Shown piece by piece: positions 9,921-20,401 of a stretch of DNA of 64,000 bases. The notes beneath the pieces were generated by a model, which saw only the letters and a list, made by a program, of their open reading frames with translations, was not told where the DNA came from and made no database searches. The stretch is from an uncultured delta proteobacterium (GTDB lineage: Bacteria; Desulfobacterota; Desulfobacteria; Desulfobacterales; UBA5852). Within the stretch, counting starts at the first letter, position 1. Each line of letters begins with the position of its first letter. The DNA is taken from assembly GCA_963850465.1 (NCBI GenBank), contig CAWKLN010000042.1, forward strand, positions 45,856 through 109,855. Direction: 5' to 3'. The position numbers were made by a program, and so were the translations under genes.

Positions 9921-10753
9921 ATGTGGGAATATACGGATAAGGTTAAAGACCATTTTCTCAACCCCCGCAATGTCGGGGTGATAGAGGATGCCGATGGTGT
10001 GGGCGAGGTGGGCTCCCTGTCCTGCGGGGACGCCCTGACACTGTTTTTTAAATTGGATGCCCAGGGCCGGATCAAGGAGGCTAAATTCCAGACGTTTGGA
10101 TGTGCCAGCGCGATTGCCTCTTCCTCGGCCCTGACGGAGATGATGATCGGCAAGACCCTGGAGGAGGCCGAAAAGATCACGAATGACGATATCGCGAGTT
10201 TCCTGGGAGAACTTCCCAAGGAAAAAATGCATTGTTCCGTCATGGGGCAGGAAGCGCTGGAAAAAGCGATTGCCTGCTACCGGGGTGAAACGATCAAGAA
10301 GCCCGAGGGCAATCTCATCTGCGAATGCTTCGGGATTACGGATCGGCAGATCGAATCGGCGGTTCGTGATCACCATCTGTTCACCATCGAAGATATCACC
10401 GGACATCTCAAGGCCGGCGGGGGATGTGGCAAATGCCATGAAAACATTCAATTAATTATCGACCAGGCCCAGGGGAAGCCGAAAGCGATGCGGCCCGCGC
10501 CGGCGCCGTTGACCAATATCCAGAAGATTCGCCTGATCGAAGAAACGCTGGAGCGGGAAATCAAACCGGCCCTGCATCAGGACGGCGGCGACATCGAGCT
10601 GGTGGATGTGGATGGCCGAACGCGTCATGGTCAAGCTGCGCGGGACCTGCGCCGGGTGCAAGGCCTCGCAGGTGACCCTTAAAGACTTTGTGGAGAGCCA
10701 AGCTGCGGGAACTGGTATCCAAGGATTTGGTGGTGGAGGAGGTCCGCTCATGA
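9921..10753 (+). CDS. nifU: Fe-S scaffold NifU (frameshifts near 10616 and 10698)
   Basis: IscU domain (SCGD, FGCASA, KMHCS), BFD-like CECF...CGKC and Nfu domain (DGGDIEL...GTCAGC). Repaired C-terminus KLRELVSKDLVVEEVRS* overlaps the nifS ATG. Confidence 0.9.
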
Positions 10754-11929
10754 AAACCATTTATGTCGACAACAACGCCACGACCAAAGTCGCCCCCGAG
10801 GTGGTGGAGGCCATGCTGCCCTATTTTAGCGAGCGTTACGGCAATGCTTCCAGCATGCACAGCTTTGGGGGGGGACTGATCGTCGATATCCGCCGGGCCC
10901 GCACCCAGGTGGCCGATTTGATCGGCGCCCGGCCCGAAGAGATTCTTTTCACCAGTGGCGGCACCGAAGGCGACGCCACGGCCATTCATGCGGCCTTGCA
11001 ATCTCACCCGGACAAGCGCCATATCGTCACATCCCGGGTGGAGCATCCGGCCATTAAAAACCTGTTCGAACAGTATGGGAAAAACGGTTACCGGGTGACC
11101 GTTTATCCCGGTCGACGGCCAGGGCCGGCTGGATCAGGCAGCTCTTTTTGAAAGCCTCCGTGAGGACACGGCCATTGTCAGCATCATGTGGGCCAACAAC
11201 GAAACCGGTGTGATCAATCCCATCGACGAAATTTCCCGGGAAGTGCGCTCACGCGGGATTCTCTTCCACACCGATGCCGTTCAGACGGTCGGCAAGATCC
11301 CGATCGATGTGTCGCACAACGGGGTCGATCTGCTGTCCATGTCCGGCCACAAATTCCACGGGCCCAAGGGCGTTGGCGCGCTTTATATTCGCAAAGGCAC
11401 CAAGTTCAAGCCCATGGTGGTGGGCGGCCACCAGGAAGGCGGACGGCGGGCCGGCACCGAAAATGTGCCCGGTATCGTCGGGATGGGCAAAGCCTGCGAG
11501 CTGGCCGGGAGCAATCTGGGCGATGTCGGCACCCGCGTGCGGCAGTTGCGCGACAAGCTGGAACAGGCCCTGCTGCAGACCGTGCCCCGCTCCATGGTGA
11601 ACGGCGGTCAGGCGGAGCGTCTGCCCAACACCACCAGCATCGCCTTTGAATACGTGGAGGGCGAAGCGATTTTATTGATGATGAACGAGTACGGCATCTG
11701 CGCGTCTTCCGGATCGGCCTGCACATCAGGATCCCTGGAGCCGTCGCACGTGCTGCGTGCCATGGGCGTGCCGTTCACGGCGGCCCACGGCTCGATCCGC
11801 TATAGCTTGAGCCACTATTCCACGGAAGAGGAGATCGATTTCATCATCGCTAAAATGCCGCCGCTTATCGAACGCCTGCGTCAGATGTCGCCCTTCTGGA
11901 AAAAAGCGACCGAGGCGACCTTGCCCTAA
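10750..11929 (+). CDS. nifS: Cysteine desulfurase NifS (frameshift near 11101)
   Basis: YVDNNATT, FTSGGTE, VEHPA in the first frame; MWANNETG, HTDAVQ, SGHKFHGPKG, SSGSACTS in the second. Confidence 0.92.
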
Positions 11930-12036
11930 CTTGCCGGAGATTCAACAGGCCGCGTATCGTCATCTCGGCGCCGGCCGGAATGAAACGCTTGCGCAGACAT
12001 GTTCAACCCGGATGAATAGCGTTTGGGACAAATCGG

Positions 12037-12912
12037 TTAGGGATGGCGCCGGGCCCGGTATTTTTGATTGAATCCGACCGGGTGGTACGACATCTTGGCC
12101 TTGCGCAGTCCTTCATCACCCAGGTCCTGTTCCCGGTTAACGAGGCGGAAACGCCCGTCCAGGCTTTCCAGGAACATCTGGTTGATGGCCTGGTAGATGC
12201 CTTTGTGGGCCGGGCAGCCCTTCTCGAAATGGATCACAACCGTATCCTGATCCAGGGGTTCGGCAATGGTGTAGGCCACAATCAGATCTTCGACCATGAT
12301 GGCTCCGCCCAAGAGTTCCGGGAAGCGATCCCAGTAGACAAACACGCGCTGGATGGCTCGATTCTCGGCGGACAGCACGTCCGAGTCTTCACAGTCCCGC
12401 CATGTGCACCAATCATCCTGCAGGGCCAGCGCCTGATCTATCATGGCGGCCGAAAAAGGCTCGTAGCGATAGATATTTTGTTTTTTGAACTGGTTGAGGA
12501 GGTTCTTTTTTTTGTGGAACCGATTGCCGCGCAACGTGACCAGTTCTTCTACGTCGTAGATATAGTCCCAATTGGCGCGATCTTCCTCGATATGCAGCAT
12601 GTCTCCGGCTTGCCGGCGCCAGAGGTCGGCCAGCATCTCGGGTACGCGTGTAAATCCGGGCTCAAAATCATTGCGGTGGAACACGCTGGCCCAGTCGATG
12701 TGATCCCAGGATCCCACGGGCGCCCAGTAGACAGGCCGCGGTGAATTTTGTCGAAGCCAGACCAGGTCGTTGCTGAAGGCCCACTCCAGCCCGTACTCCC
12801 GGGCCCACCCCCATATATTGGCAAAACTGTAATCTGAGGCCGCCTGGGGCGTCTGTTCCAAATGCTGGTGATAGACCTCAGCCCGTTCGAGCTGAATGGG
12901 TTCAAAATCCAA
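12037..12912 (-). CDS. DUF2156 / lysyl-phosphatidylglycerol synthase C-terminal-like protein
   Basis: DYIYDVEELVTLRGNRFHKKKN, IHFEKG, GIYQAIN, NREQDLGDEGLRKAKMSY motifs. Confidence 0.85.
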   Translation of the reverse strand: MDFEPIQLERAEVYHQHLEQTPQAASDYSFANIWGWAREYGLEWAFSNDLVWLRQNSPRPVYWAPVGSWDHIDWASVFHRNDFEPGFTRVPEMLADLWRRQAGDMLHIEEDRANWDYIYDVEELVTLRGNRFHKKKNLLNQFKKQNIYRYEPFSAAMIDQALALQDDWCTWRDCEDSDVLSAENRAIQRVFVYWDRFPELLGGAIMVEDLIVAYTIAEPLDQDTVVIHFEKGCPAHKGIYQAINQMFLESLDGRFRLVNREQDLGDEGLRKAKMSYHPVGFNQKYRARRHP

Positions 12913-12978
12913 TGAATTGTCCTTTCTGCAAGCAAGTGTTTCGCGGTCCGGCGCGGCACCGTGTGCAAGGTTGGGGTC

Positions 12979-13572
12979 TCAGCGCTGTCTGTCAAGCGCG
13001 ATCGCTAACATTTCCCCGGTTTGATAAGTCTCCTGGAGGTATTCCGGGTGTTCAAGAACATCTTTTTCAAAATCCAGCCCGCGATAGAGGAGCGATTTCC
13101 AGAGGCTGGTATCGATGACATCAAAAAAATACCGGACGGTCAGCAGCGCGCCCTGGAACAGCCTTTGGCCCCTGGTGGCGCCTGCGGAAATAAAAAGGCC
13201 TTTGCGTTTCGAGACCCATTGACCGAACGGCAGGCCTTCGACCCAGTATTTTTTGACCCACAGGGACTGGCAGCGGTCCATAAAAATTTTGGTGTGGGCA
13301 CTGACGGTATAGAAAAAAATCGGTGAGGCCAGCATGATGCCGTCGGATGCCAGTATGCTGTCGCGCACCTGCTGGAAATCGTCCTGGATAGCGCAGTCGC
13401 CTTTCCGGGTGCAGCCATAGATTTCCAAACAGGGGGATATCTTGAGATCCCGCAAAACAATTTCGTTGACCGTGGCGCCCTGGTCACGGGCGCCGGCTAC
13501 GGCCCGCTGGAGCAGCTGACTCGTATTGCCTTGCCGGCGCGGGCTTCCGTAAATGGCTGTGATTTGTGCCAT
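12979..13572 (-). CDS. Flavodoxin-fold FMN reductase / iron-sulfur flavoprotein family
   Basis: GSPRRQGNT, PCLEIYGC...CAIQDD, ASPIFF, KIFMDRC. Confidence 0.85.
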   Translation of the reverse strand: MAQITAIYGSPRRQGNTSQLLQRAVAGARDQGATVNEIVLRDLKISPCLEIYGCTRKGDCAIQDDFQQVRDSILASDGIMLASPIFFYTVSAHTKIFMDRCQSLWVKKYWVEGLPFGQWVSKRKGLFISAGATRGQRLFQGALLTVRYFFDVIDTSLWKSLLYRGLDFEKDVLEHPEYLQETYQTGEMLAIALDRQR

Positions 13573-13575
13573 ACG

Positions 13576-14382
13576 CTATCGGGCGTGCCTTTCTTGCGCT
13601 GTTTCCATTGGTATGGCCAGCTGCAGCCCTATCGGGCAGTGGTCGGAACCGAAGATGTCGTTATCGATGAAGGCTGCGGTGATTTCGCGGTTTTCGATGA
13701 TATTGCGGGTGGTGAAGAAATAATCGATGCGCCACCCTGCATTGCGGTCCCGGGCTTTATAACGATACGTCCACCATGAATATTTCACGGTGTCGGGATG
13801 GCAATGGCGGAAGGTGTCGACATAGCCGGCGTCCGTGATGCGGTCCAGCCAGTCGCGTTCAATTCTAAGAAAGCCCGAGGTTTTGGCATTGGCCTGGGGG
13901 TTTTTGAGGTCGATTTCGTTGTGGGCGGTGTTGTAATCGCCGGTGATCACCACCCGCCGACCTTCATTTTTATAGCGATCGGTGTACGCGAAGAAGGCCT
14001 CATAAAAATCCAGCTTGTACTGCAGACGCTCGGGGTTCATCTGCCCGTTGGGGAAATAGACGTTAAAAAAGACCCATGCGCCAAAATCCAGTTCCAGGAT
14101 GCGGCCTTCGTCGTCGAAGCGGGGCTGGCCGATCCCGTAGCCCACACGCTCAGGTGCATAGCGGGTGTAAACCCCCACCCCGCTGTATCCTTTTTTGGTT
14201 TTGGCATGCGACCAGTAGGATGTGTAATCCGCCAGGTTCGTCATCGAGGGGGTCAGTTGATGTTCCTGGAGTTTGGTTTCCTGGATGGCCACAATATCCG
14301 CGTCGAGCTTGCGGAGCGAAGCTTCAAAGTCCTTTTTCATAACGGCGCGCAGGCCGTTAACATTCCATGATATCAGTTTCAA
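13576..14382 (-). CDS. xth: Exodeoxyribonuclease III
   Basis: SWNVNGLRA, IQETK, GDYNTAH, GWRIDY, SDHCP. Confidence 0.95.
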   Translation of the reverse strand: MKLISWNVNGLRAVMKKDFEASLRKLDADIVAIQETKLQEHQLTPSMTNLADYTSYWSHAKTKKGYSGVGVYTRYAPERVGYGIGQPRFDDEGRILELDFGAWVFFNVYFPNGQMNPERLQYKLDFYEAFFAYTDRYKNEGRRVVITGDYNTAHNEIDLKNPQANAKTSGFLRIERDWLDRITDAGYVDTFRHCHPDTVKYSWWTYRYKARDRNAGWRIDYFFTTRNIIENREITAAFIDNDIFGSDHCPIGLQLAIPMETAQERHAR

Positions 14383-14550
14383 GGGGTGTTGGTTCCTTTT
14401 TGCGGCGCGAGGTTCGTCAACCCGGACGGCTCCTTACCACGGGGGACCGCGTTTGACAACGGCCGGTCGGGTGACAATTTTGTTGCAGACGGCATGGTGC
14501 TGTCTCTTCCCTGTTTATTGAAATCGATTATCGGCGAGGAGCGCAAGGTT

Positions 14551-14952
14551 GTGATCGTTTATGACGGCGAATACAGTTGGAGAGGGAGTACCAGGGCTAA
14601 AAAGCGACCCATCAGCTGGTGGCGGAGCTCCTACCGCTTGCGCATTGTCGATGTCTCCCGCGACGCCCCGGACGTCGTTTTTTTGAAACCGCACGTGGTC
14701 CTGTTTGCCGATACGGGCGAAGGTGCTTCCGTGACCAACTGTCTGCCGGACTTGGCCAAACAGATCTGCCGTGATTTTGACCTTGACTTCAACCGGGTGG
14801 TGTGGGTCGAGGACCGTCCGGACATCAAACAGCGGTTCCGTGTGGCGGTGTTTCGCCCGGTGGCCCGCCTGGGAAGAGATGTTTTCTACCAGGTGGCCTG
14901 GCGGGCAGCGGCCTCCAGCGAGTTGAACCTGATCAACGCGCATTGCGCCTGA
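14551..14952 (+). CDS. Hypothetical protein
   Basis: GTG start after GAGGAG; 133 aa (MIVYDGEYSW...); divergent from xth. Confidence 0.6.
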   Translation: MIVYDGEYSWRGSTRAKKRPISWWRSSYRLRIVDVSRDAPDVVFLKPHVVLFADTGEGASVTNCLPDLAKQICRDFDLDFNRVVWVEDRPDIKQRFRVAVFRPVARLGRDVFYQVAWRAAASSELNLINAHCA

Positions 14953-15022
14953 CCAACGGTTTCGGCGGGGTTAAGAAGGTCAGCTTGCTTGCGATACGCA
15001 AGCGGGCGCCTGAATCGCCGGC

Positions 15023-15562
15023 CTACCCCAGAAGGTCTTCCACGATCCGCTGCCATTCCTTTTGTTGATTTTCCCGAGCCGTATTCAGCAGCGAAGCAAA
15101 ACATTCCCTGACGATCATGGTTTTGGGTTTCGGGCTGGCCATTTGGGCTTCGATCGTCCGGATATCGGCGATTATTTCGGACAGCGTCTCGAATGCCAGG
15201 CCGCTTTGACCCAGTTCGGATTTAAGGCGCGTCAAGACTTGTTCCACCAGTTCACGCCCTGCTGTGTTCAAGGGCGATGCGGTTCCCAACCGCAAAACAT
15301 CGCTGCTCCCTTCAGCATGACCATCGGACATCAAGCTTGCGCCCTGATCGCTCAAGCCGATGGCCCCCGACAGGGTGCGAATTTCGACGAGCCCATGGGC
15401 CATCAGGTCTTCCGCCGCCGCGGCGCTGGTTTCGCGATCCAAGCCAATGGCCTCTCCAAGGGTATACATGGAGGCTTGGGCCTCCGTGCGGCCTTCTGCG
15501 GACCGATGCAGTTCCATGAAGAGGTCCCGGGCGGCGGTCTCAAGATCGGATAGGGTCGTCAA
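15023..15562 (-). CDS. Hypothetical protein with winged-helix-like N-terminus
   Basis: TTG start after AAGGAG; SMYTLGEAIGLDRETSAAAAEDLMAHGLVEIRTLSGAIGL resembles an HTH-wing. Confidence 0.6.
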   Translation of the reverse strand: MTTLSDLETAARDLFMELHRSAEGRTEAQASMYTLGEAIGLDRETSAAAAEDLMAHGLVEIRTLSGAIGLSDQGASLMSDGHAEGSSDVLRLGTASPLNTAGRELVEQVLTRLKSELGQSGLAFETLSEIIADIRTIEAQMASPKPKTMIVRECFASLLNTARENQQKEWQRIVEDLLG

Positions 15563-15637
15563 TCGTTTTCTCCTTAGGGCTGGGGTCCGTGGATGTTCTT
15601 GCACGGGTATCTATCATAGAGCAAAGCGGGCCGGACC

Positions 15638-16553
15638 TCAAGCGGCGGAACGGGCCTTCATGATGGTCTTCAGCGCCACGTCGAGTGTCGGGTAGCGAAA
15701 CGCAAAGCCGCCGTCGAGCAAGCGCTGCGGCCGGGCGCGCTGGCTGCCCAGCAGTACGCCACTGAATTCGCCCAGCAACAGGTGCAGGAGGGGGGCGGGG
15801 GCCGGGAAAAAAGAGGGTCGTTTCAAGGCGCGACCCAACCCATGAGCGAATTGGCGGTTGGTGACCGGTTCGGGCGCGCAGAAATTGAATGGGCCCCGGG
15901 CTGTTTGATCGTTGATCAGAAAGTCGATGGCCGCGATCACATCGTCCAGGTGAATCCAGGGGAACCACTGACGGCCATTTCCCAGCGGGCCGCCGACGCC
16001 CATACGGAACGCGGGCAGCATTTTGGGCAAGGCGCCTCCTGCTTGATGAAGAATGACCCCGAACCGTCCGATGGCCACGCGGACCCCGTGGGTTTCGGCC
16101 TGCAAGGCTTCTTTTTCCCAGTCGATCGAAAGGCTTGCCAGAAAATCATTCCCCGGCGCCGTATCTTCATTCAGCGACTGGTCGCCGCAATCGCCGTAAT
16201 AGCCGGCACCCGACGCGCTGAAAAAAAAAGCGTTCGGGTCAGCTGAAAAAGCCTGGACAAGGTGGCGTGTGGTCAAAATCCGGCTGTCACGAATGTCCTG
16301 TTTGGCCTTGACGGTCCAGCGCCGGAAGATGGTCGCCTCCGGCCAGATTGATGACCGCCTGGCAACGGCCCACCGCGTCCTGCCATGGGCCTTCGCGGGT
16401 GGTGTCGGCGGCGATGTGCTGGAAGCGGGTTTCCCCATCACAGGGGTGCGCGGCGGACCGCCCCACAGTTGTCACCGTGTGCCCCTGGTCAAGGAAATGG
16501 CGGGTGAGCTGTTGGCCGACAAAGCCGGTACCACCGGTAAGCAAGAGATGCAT
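15638..16553 (-). CDS. TIGR01777/YfcH-family NAD-dependent epimerase (frameshift near 16338)
   Basis: LLTGGTGFVG...VINLAG, then shifted ATIFRRWT...SASGAGYYG...GGPLGNGRQWFPWIHLDD...GFAFRYP. Confidence 0.9.
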
Positions 16554-16823
16554 GCGCGTTTATTCCATCGTCAGGTTAGCTATTGCGTGGGTCGTGCCGC
16601 CTGACGAACGACGATTCATCCGGAAAGAGTCGCCTTCCTCATCGGACACGGCTGGATCTTTGAATCCACGGCTGAAACAATACGTTTTAATTGTAAACAT
16701 GGAAATGGGGCACGCAATCCTTAGCGGTGCAGGTGGCGAGGCCGCCTTGATGCCCAAAGGATTTAAGGAATGCGTGTGAATGGGTTTTGGGCCCCGTGGT
16801 GATTCGGCAACAGGGCTTATTCG

Positions 16824-17228
16824 TTATGGCTTTGAAGGGGCCTGGCAGTCCGGGCAGATCCCCGTAAATTCCAGTTGGTGGTTCAGGATGCGAAATTCGG
16901 TCTTCTCCTGGAGGGTGCGTTCCAGCGAATCAATTACTTCCATGGGCGCATCCACCAGGCGGCCGCAGTGCATGCAGCGCATGTGGTAGTGGTTCTGCGG
17001 CATGCTGTCAAACCGTTTCAGGTTGCCGGCCAGCGCGATGGTTTGGATTTCGCCCAGCGCGCTCAGAATCTCCAGGTTGCGATAGACGGTACCCAGACTG
17101 ATCCGGGGCAGTTTTTCTTTCACCCGCCCGTGAAGATCATCGGCACTGGGGTGCTGGTCGGTCGCGCGCAATTCTTCCAGGATCACCTGACGTTGACGGG
17201 TCATGCGTAGGTTTCGTTCTTTCAGCAA
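16824..17228 (-). CDS. Fur-family regulator, PerR-like
   Basis: TRQRQVIL, HPSAD, SLGTVYRNL, RFD...HYH.RC..C...VD, C-terminal CPDC; Asp at the PerR-type ligand positions. Confidence 0.88.
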   Translation of the reverse strand: MLKERNLRMTRQRQVILEELRATDQHPSADDLHGRVKEKLPRISLGTVYRNLEILSALGEIQTIALAGNLKRFDSMPQNHYHMRCMHCGRLVDAPMEVIDSLERTLQEKTEFRILNHQLEFTGICPDCQAPSKP

Positions 17229-17291
17229 AAGGTCTGGCCTCCTCCTCTTGATTCTTCGTTTCCCGGATCAAACCGCCTGAGGCGGGGATCA

Positions 17292-18470
17292 TCAACGATC
17301 ATCCATGGGTACAAAACTGCATTCATCGGGACCGCAGTAGTCACCGATGTAATTGGATTTGGGGCGGTACAGGGCCGGTTTGGGGGCGGCGTCCGCGTAT
17401 TGTTCCTCGATGACATGCGCGGCCCAGCCGGCAACACGCGACAGGGCGAAAAGGGGTGAGAAGAGATCGATCGGGATCCCCATGGAGTAGAACAGGGATG
17501 CGCTGTAAAAATCCACATTGACATAGATGTCGATGCCTTTTCTTTCTTTGAAAATGGCTTTCCCGCGTTTTTCCAGGACGCTGGAAATTTCATACCATTG
17601 GGGTTGGCCGATGCGTTCGCCCATTCTTTTAGACATGGGGGCCAGAATGTGAGCACGCGGGTCATCGGTCTGGTAGACGGCGTGCCCCAGTCCAAAAATC
17701 AGTCGCCCGGCTTCCAGTTCGCTCTGGACGTAACCATCTACATTTTCGACCGCACCGATTTTGATCAGCATTTCCATGACGCGGACATTGGCGCCACCGT
17801 GCAGTTCACCGGAGAGGGACCCTACCGCGGCGGCAACGGCGCTGTACATATGCGCCCGGGTCGAGGCCACCTGGCGGGCGGAAAACGTCGACGCATTAAA
17901 CGAGTGCTCGGCGTGCAGCACCAGGCTGGTGTCAAAAAACCGGGCTAATTCTTCGTCCGGTTTTTCACCGTTCAGCATGTATAGAAAATTGGCGGCATGG
18001 GTGAGGGCCGGGTCGGGCGACACCGGTTCCTTGTCATTGCGAATCCGATGCCAGGCCGCCATGATTGTCGGGAATTTGGCGATCAGGCGACTGGCCTTGC
18101 GAATGCTGGCTTCACGGTTGCGGTCGTCCAGGTCGGGGTCGTCGCTGGCTATCAAGGATACGATACCCTGCAGGATATCCATGGGACTGGTATTGCGGGG
18201 GCAGCACTTGAGGATATCGATGATCGCTTCCGGCAGGGCGCGATTTTGCGCCAGGAAGTCGTTGAAAGTCTTCAGCTCTTTGGCATTCGGCAGATGTTCG
18301 TAAAGCAGCAGGTGGGCGACTTCCTCATACGAGGTACTTTCGGCCAGGTCTTTGACCAGATAGCCGCGATAGATAAGTTTTCCGGCCGCGCCATCCACAT
18401 GGCTGATCTTCGTGCTCGCAACTGTAACGCCGCGCAATCCGGTGTTGACCGTCGGGGTGCATTCTTCCAT
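17292..18470 (-). CDS. gltA: Citrate synthase (Si-type / methylcitrate synthase family)
   Basis: GKLIYRGY, LHAEHSFNASTF, LHGGAN, FGLGHAVY..DPR, NVDFYS; ATG at 18470 after GGAG. Confidence 0.9.
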   Translation of the reverse strand: MEECTPTVNTGLRGVTVASTKISHVDGAAGKLIYRGYLVKDLAESTSYEEVAHLLLYEHLPNAKELKTFNDFLAQNRALPEAIIDILKCCPRNTSPMDILQGIVSLIASDDPDLDDRNREASIRKASRLIAKFPTIMAAWHRIRNDKEPVSPDPALTHAANFLYMLNGEKPDEELARFFDTSLVLHAEHSFNASTFSARQVASTRAHMYSAVAAAVGSLSGELHGGANVRVMEMLIKIGAVENVDGYVQSELEAGRLIFGLGHAVYQTDDPRAHILAPMSKRMGERIGQPQWYEISSVLEKRGKAIFKERKGIDIYVNVDFYSASLFYSMGIPIDLFSPLFALSRVAGWAAHVIEEQYADAAPKPALYRPKSNYIGDYCGPDECSFVPMDDR

Positions 18471-18528
18471 GATATTTTCTCCCTTGGAGGCCGAAAGGTT
18501 CTCGATCGGGCGACCAATGACAGGTCGA

Positions 18529-18744
18529 TTAATAATCGACCCACATATCGGCTTCGTTGCCGCAATGGGTGCAGGTGGCATGCCCCTTTACCTTGTGGGG
18601 AGGGGCGCCGTCCGCTTTATTTTCAACGGCCGTCTCCTGCGGGGGGTTTTCCGGAGCGTCCGGAAGAGAGCAGGTAACCACCATTTCGGCTTCGTTGCCG
18701 CAGTTTTCACATTTGCAGATCTGGCGTTTTTCGACGTTGCTCAT
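18529..18744 (-). CDS. 71-aa protein with duplicated CxxCGNEAxM motif (putative metal-binding ribbon)
   Basis: AAAGGA RBS; CENCGNEAEM and CTHCGNEADM; exact 17-bp DNA repeat at 18548-18564 and 18686-18702. Confidence 0.7.
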   Translation of the reverse strand: MSNVEKRQICKCENCGNEAEMVVTCSLPDAPENPPQETAVENKADGAPPHKVKGHATCTHCGNEADMWVDY

Positions 18745-19054
18745 CCTTTCCGTCCTTTCTCTCGGCAGGGTGTCGGCGCTATTGGCATCCTATCGAATAT
18801 CTTTGATATATTTACTATAACAATGGAATTTGCGATGTGAAAAGTCAAGTATGAATTTCGTCATGGCGCCCCTGTCCAACGGGTTTAAACATCGCCGAGG
18901 GTATTTGCCCGGGGCCCGCGGTGATAACGTCGCGGCATGCCTTGGCGCCGGTGGCCACAGTTGAAAAGACCCTGCAAAGATGGTAGGGGAGGGCGACGTT
19001 GTTGTGGGAATGTGATCGACAATAATAACCTCCTTTTACTGAATCCTGCGTCGA

Positions 19055-20398
19055 ATGATATCCGTACGAACCGCCAAGGGTTATGATCTCCCCGTTCAGG
19101 GGACACCGCTTGAAACGTCGGAAAGGCTGGCGTCACCTGCCACGGTGGCCGTGCTTCCTGAGCATATCCCCTTTATCAAGCCGCGCCTGGCGGTGAAGGA
19201 GGGTGACCGTGTCGCTGTCGGCGATTTGCTTTTCACCGACAAAGCCAATCCGCGGATCCGGTTTCTGTCACCTGGAGGGGGACATGTCGCGGCCATCCAC
19301 TATGGGCCGCGGCGGGTCATACGCGAGGTGGTCATTCGGCGGGTTGCCGAGAATGAGCCTGTCAAAACACTGGGACCGTCCCTGTGTCTGGAGGAGATCG
19401 ACCAGTACCCCCGGTCGGATTTGGTGGAACACCTCCTTGCGGGAGGTGTATGGGCCTTGCTGCGGGCCTTGCCCTATCGCGGTATCGCCGATCCGGAGAG
19501 CGTCCCGCCGGCCATTTTCGTCAGTCTCGATGCCCGTGAACCGTTTCAGGTGCCGCCGGAGCGCTACCTGGCCAACCACCGTGCGCTGCTGGCGCTGGGA
19601 CTCAGGGCGTTGAAGCGGCTCTGCCCGGTGGTTTATGTGCATGCCGATGCAACTTGTCGGGCGTTCTGTGATACGCACAAAGACGTTATTACGCATGCCG
19701 TGCGGGGCCGTTATCCGGCCGATGATGCGGGGGTTCTGCTTTTCCATGTCCGCCAGTCGCCCGAAGAGAACAGCGCCTGGTTTATTAATGGTCAGGATTT
19801 GCTTCTTTTGGCGCAGATGCTGCAAACCGGGCAGTATCCCACCGCGCGGTTATTCGCCGTTGCCGGGAGCGGTGCGGCAAACCCCCGCTATGTTGAATCG
19901 CGGCTGGGCGCGCCCCTGAGACATCTGGTGGGGGAGATCGGCTGCCAGGTCCCGCGCTACACGGTGGGGGGTGCCCTGCGGGGCTATGTCGGAGACCCTG
20001 AGGGCCACATGGGGCTCTATGAAACATCGGTGACTGTTCTGCCGGAGCCGGTCGAGGTCGACTTTATGACCTTGTTTCGCCCGGGCTTTAATAAACCCAG
20101 CTATTCGCGAGCGTTCCTGTCGGCGCTGCGTCGCGCGCCCCTGCCGATGACAACCAACGTGAACGGCGGTCGCCGGGCCTGTATCGCCTGCGGTTATTGT
20201 GCCGATGTGTGCCCCGTGGATATCTGGCCCCAGATGACCTTCAAGAGCATTCTGGTGGAGGAAGTGGAGGAGTATCTGGCGCACGGTCTCCTGGATTGTG
20301 TCGAGTGCGGCCTTTGTTCCTATGTTTGCCCCTCCAAGATTGAACTTGCGGCCACGTTGCAGGCGGCGAAACATGCCTATCGTAAAGAACAGGCCTGA
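19055..20398 (+). CDS. nqrA: Na+-NQR subunit A with C-terminal 2x[4Fe-4S] domain
   Basis: KGYDLPVQG, KPRLAVKEGD, FLSPGGG.V..I..G.RR NqrA N-terminus; CIACGYCADVCP and CVECGLCSYVCP. Confidence 0.88.
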   Translation: MISVRTAKGYDLPVQGTPLETSERLASPATVAVLPEHIPFIKPRLAVKEGDRVAVGDLLFTDKANPRIRFLSPGGGHVAAIHYGPRRVIREVVIRRVAENEPVKTLGPSLCLEEIDQYPRSDLVEHLLAGGVWALLRALPYRGIADPESVPPAIFVSLDAREPFQVPPERYLANHRALLALGLRALKRLCPVVYVHADATCRAFCDTHKDVITHAVRGRYPADDAGVLLFHVRQSPEENSAWFINGQDLLLLAQMLQTGQYPTARLFAVAGSGAANPRYVESRLGAPLRHLVGEIGCQVPRYTVGGALRGYVGDPEGHMGLYETSVTVLPEPVEVDFMTLFRPGFNKPSYSRAFLSALRRAPLPMTTNVNGGRRACIACGYCADVCPVDIWPQMTFKSILVEEVEEYLAHGLLDCVECGLCSYVCPSKIELAATLQAAKHAYRKEQA

Positions 20399-20401
20399 CC
20401 C

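Noticed and set aside
10606-11151. Apparent Nfu-NifS fusion ORF
   Set aside because: Created by frameshifts; repair restores separate nifU and nifS with an ATGA overlap.
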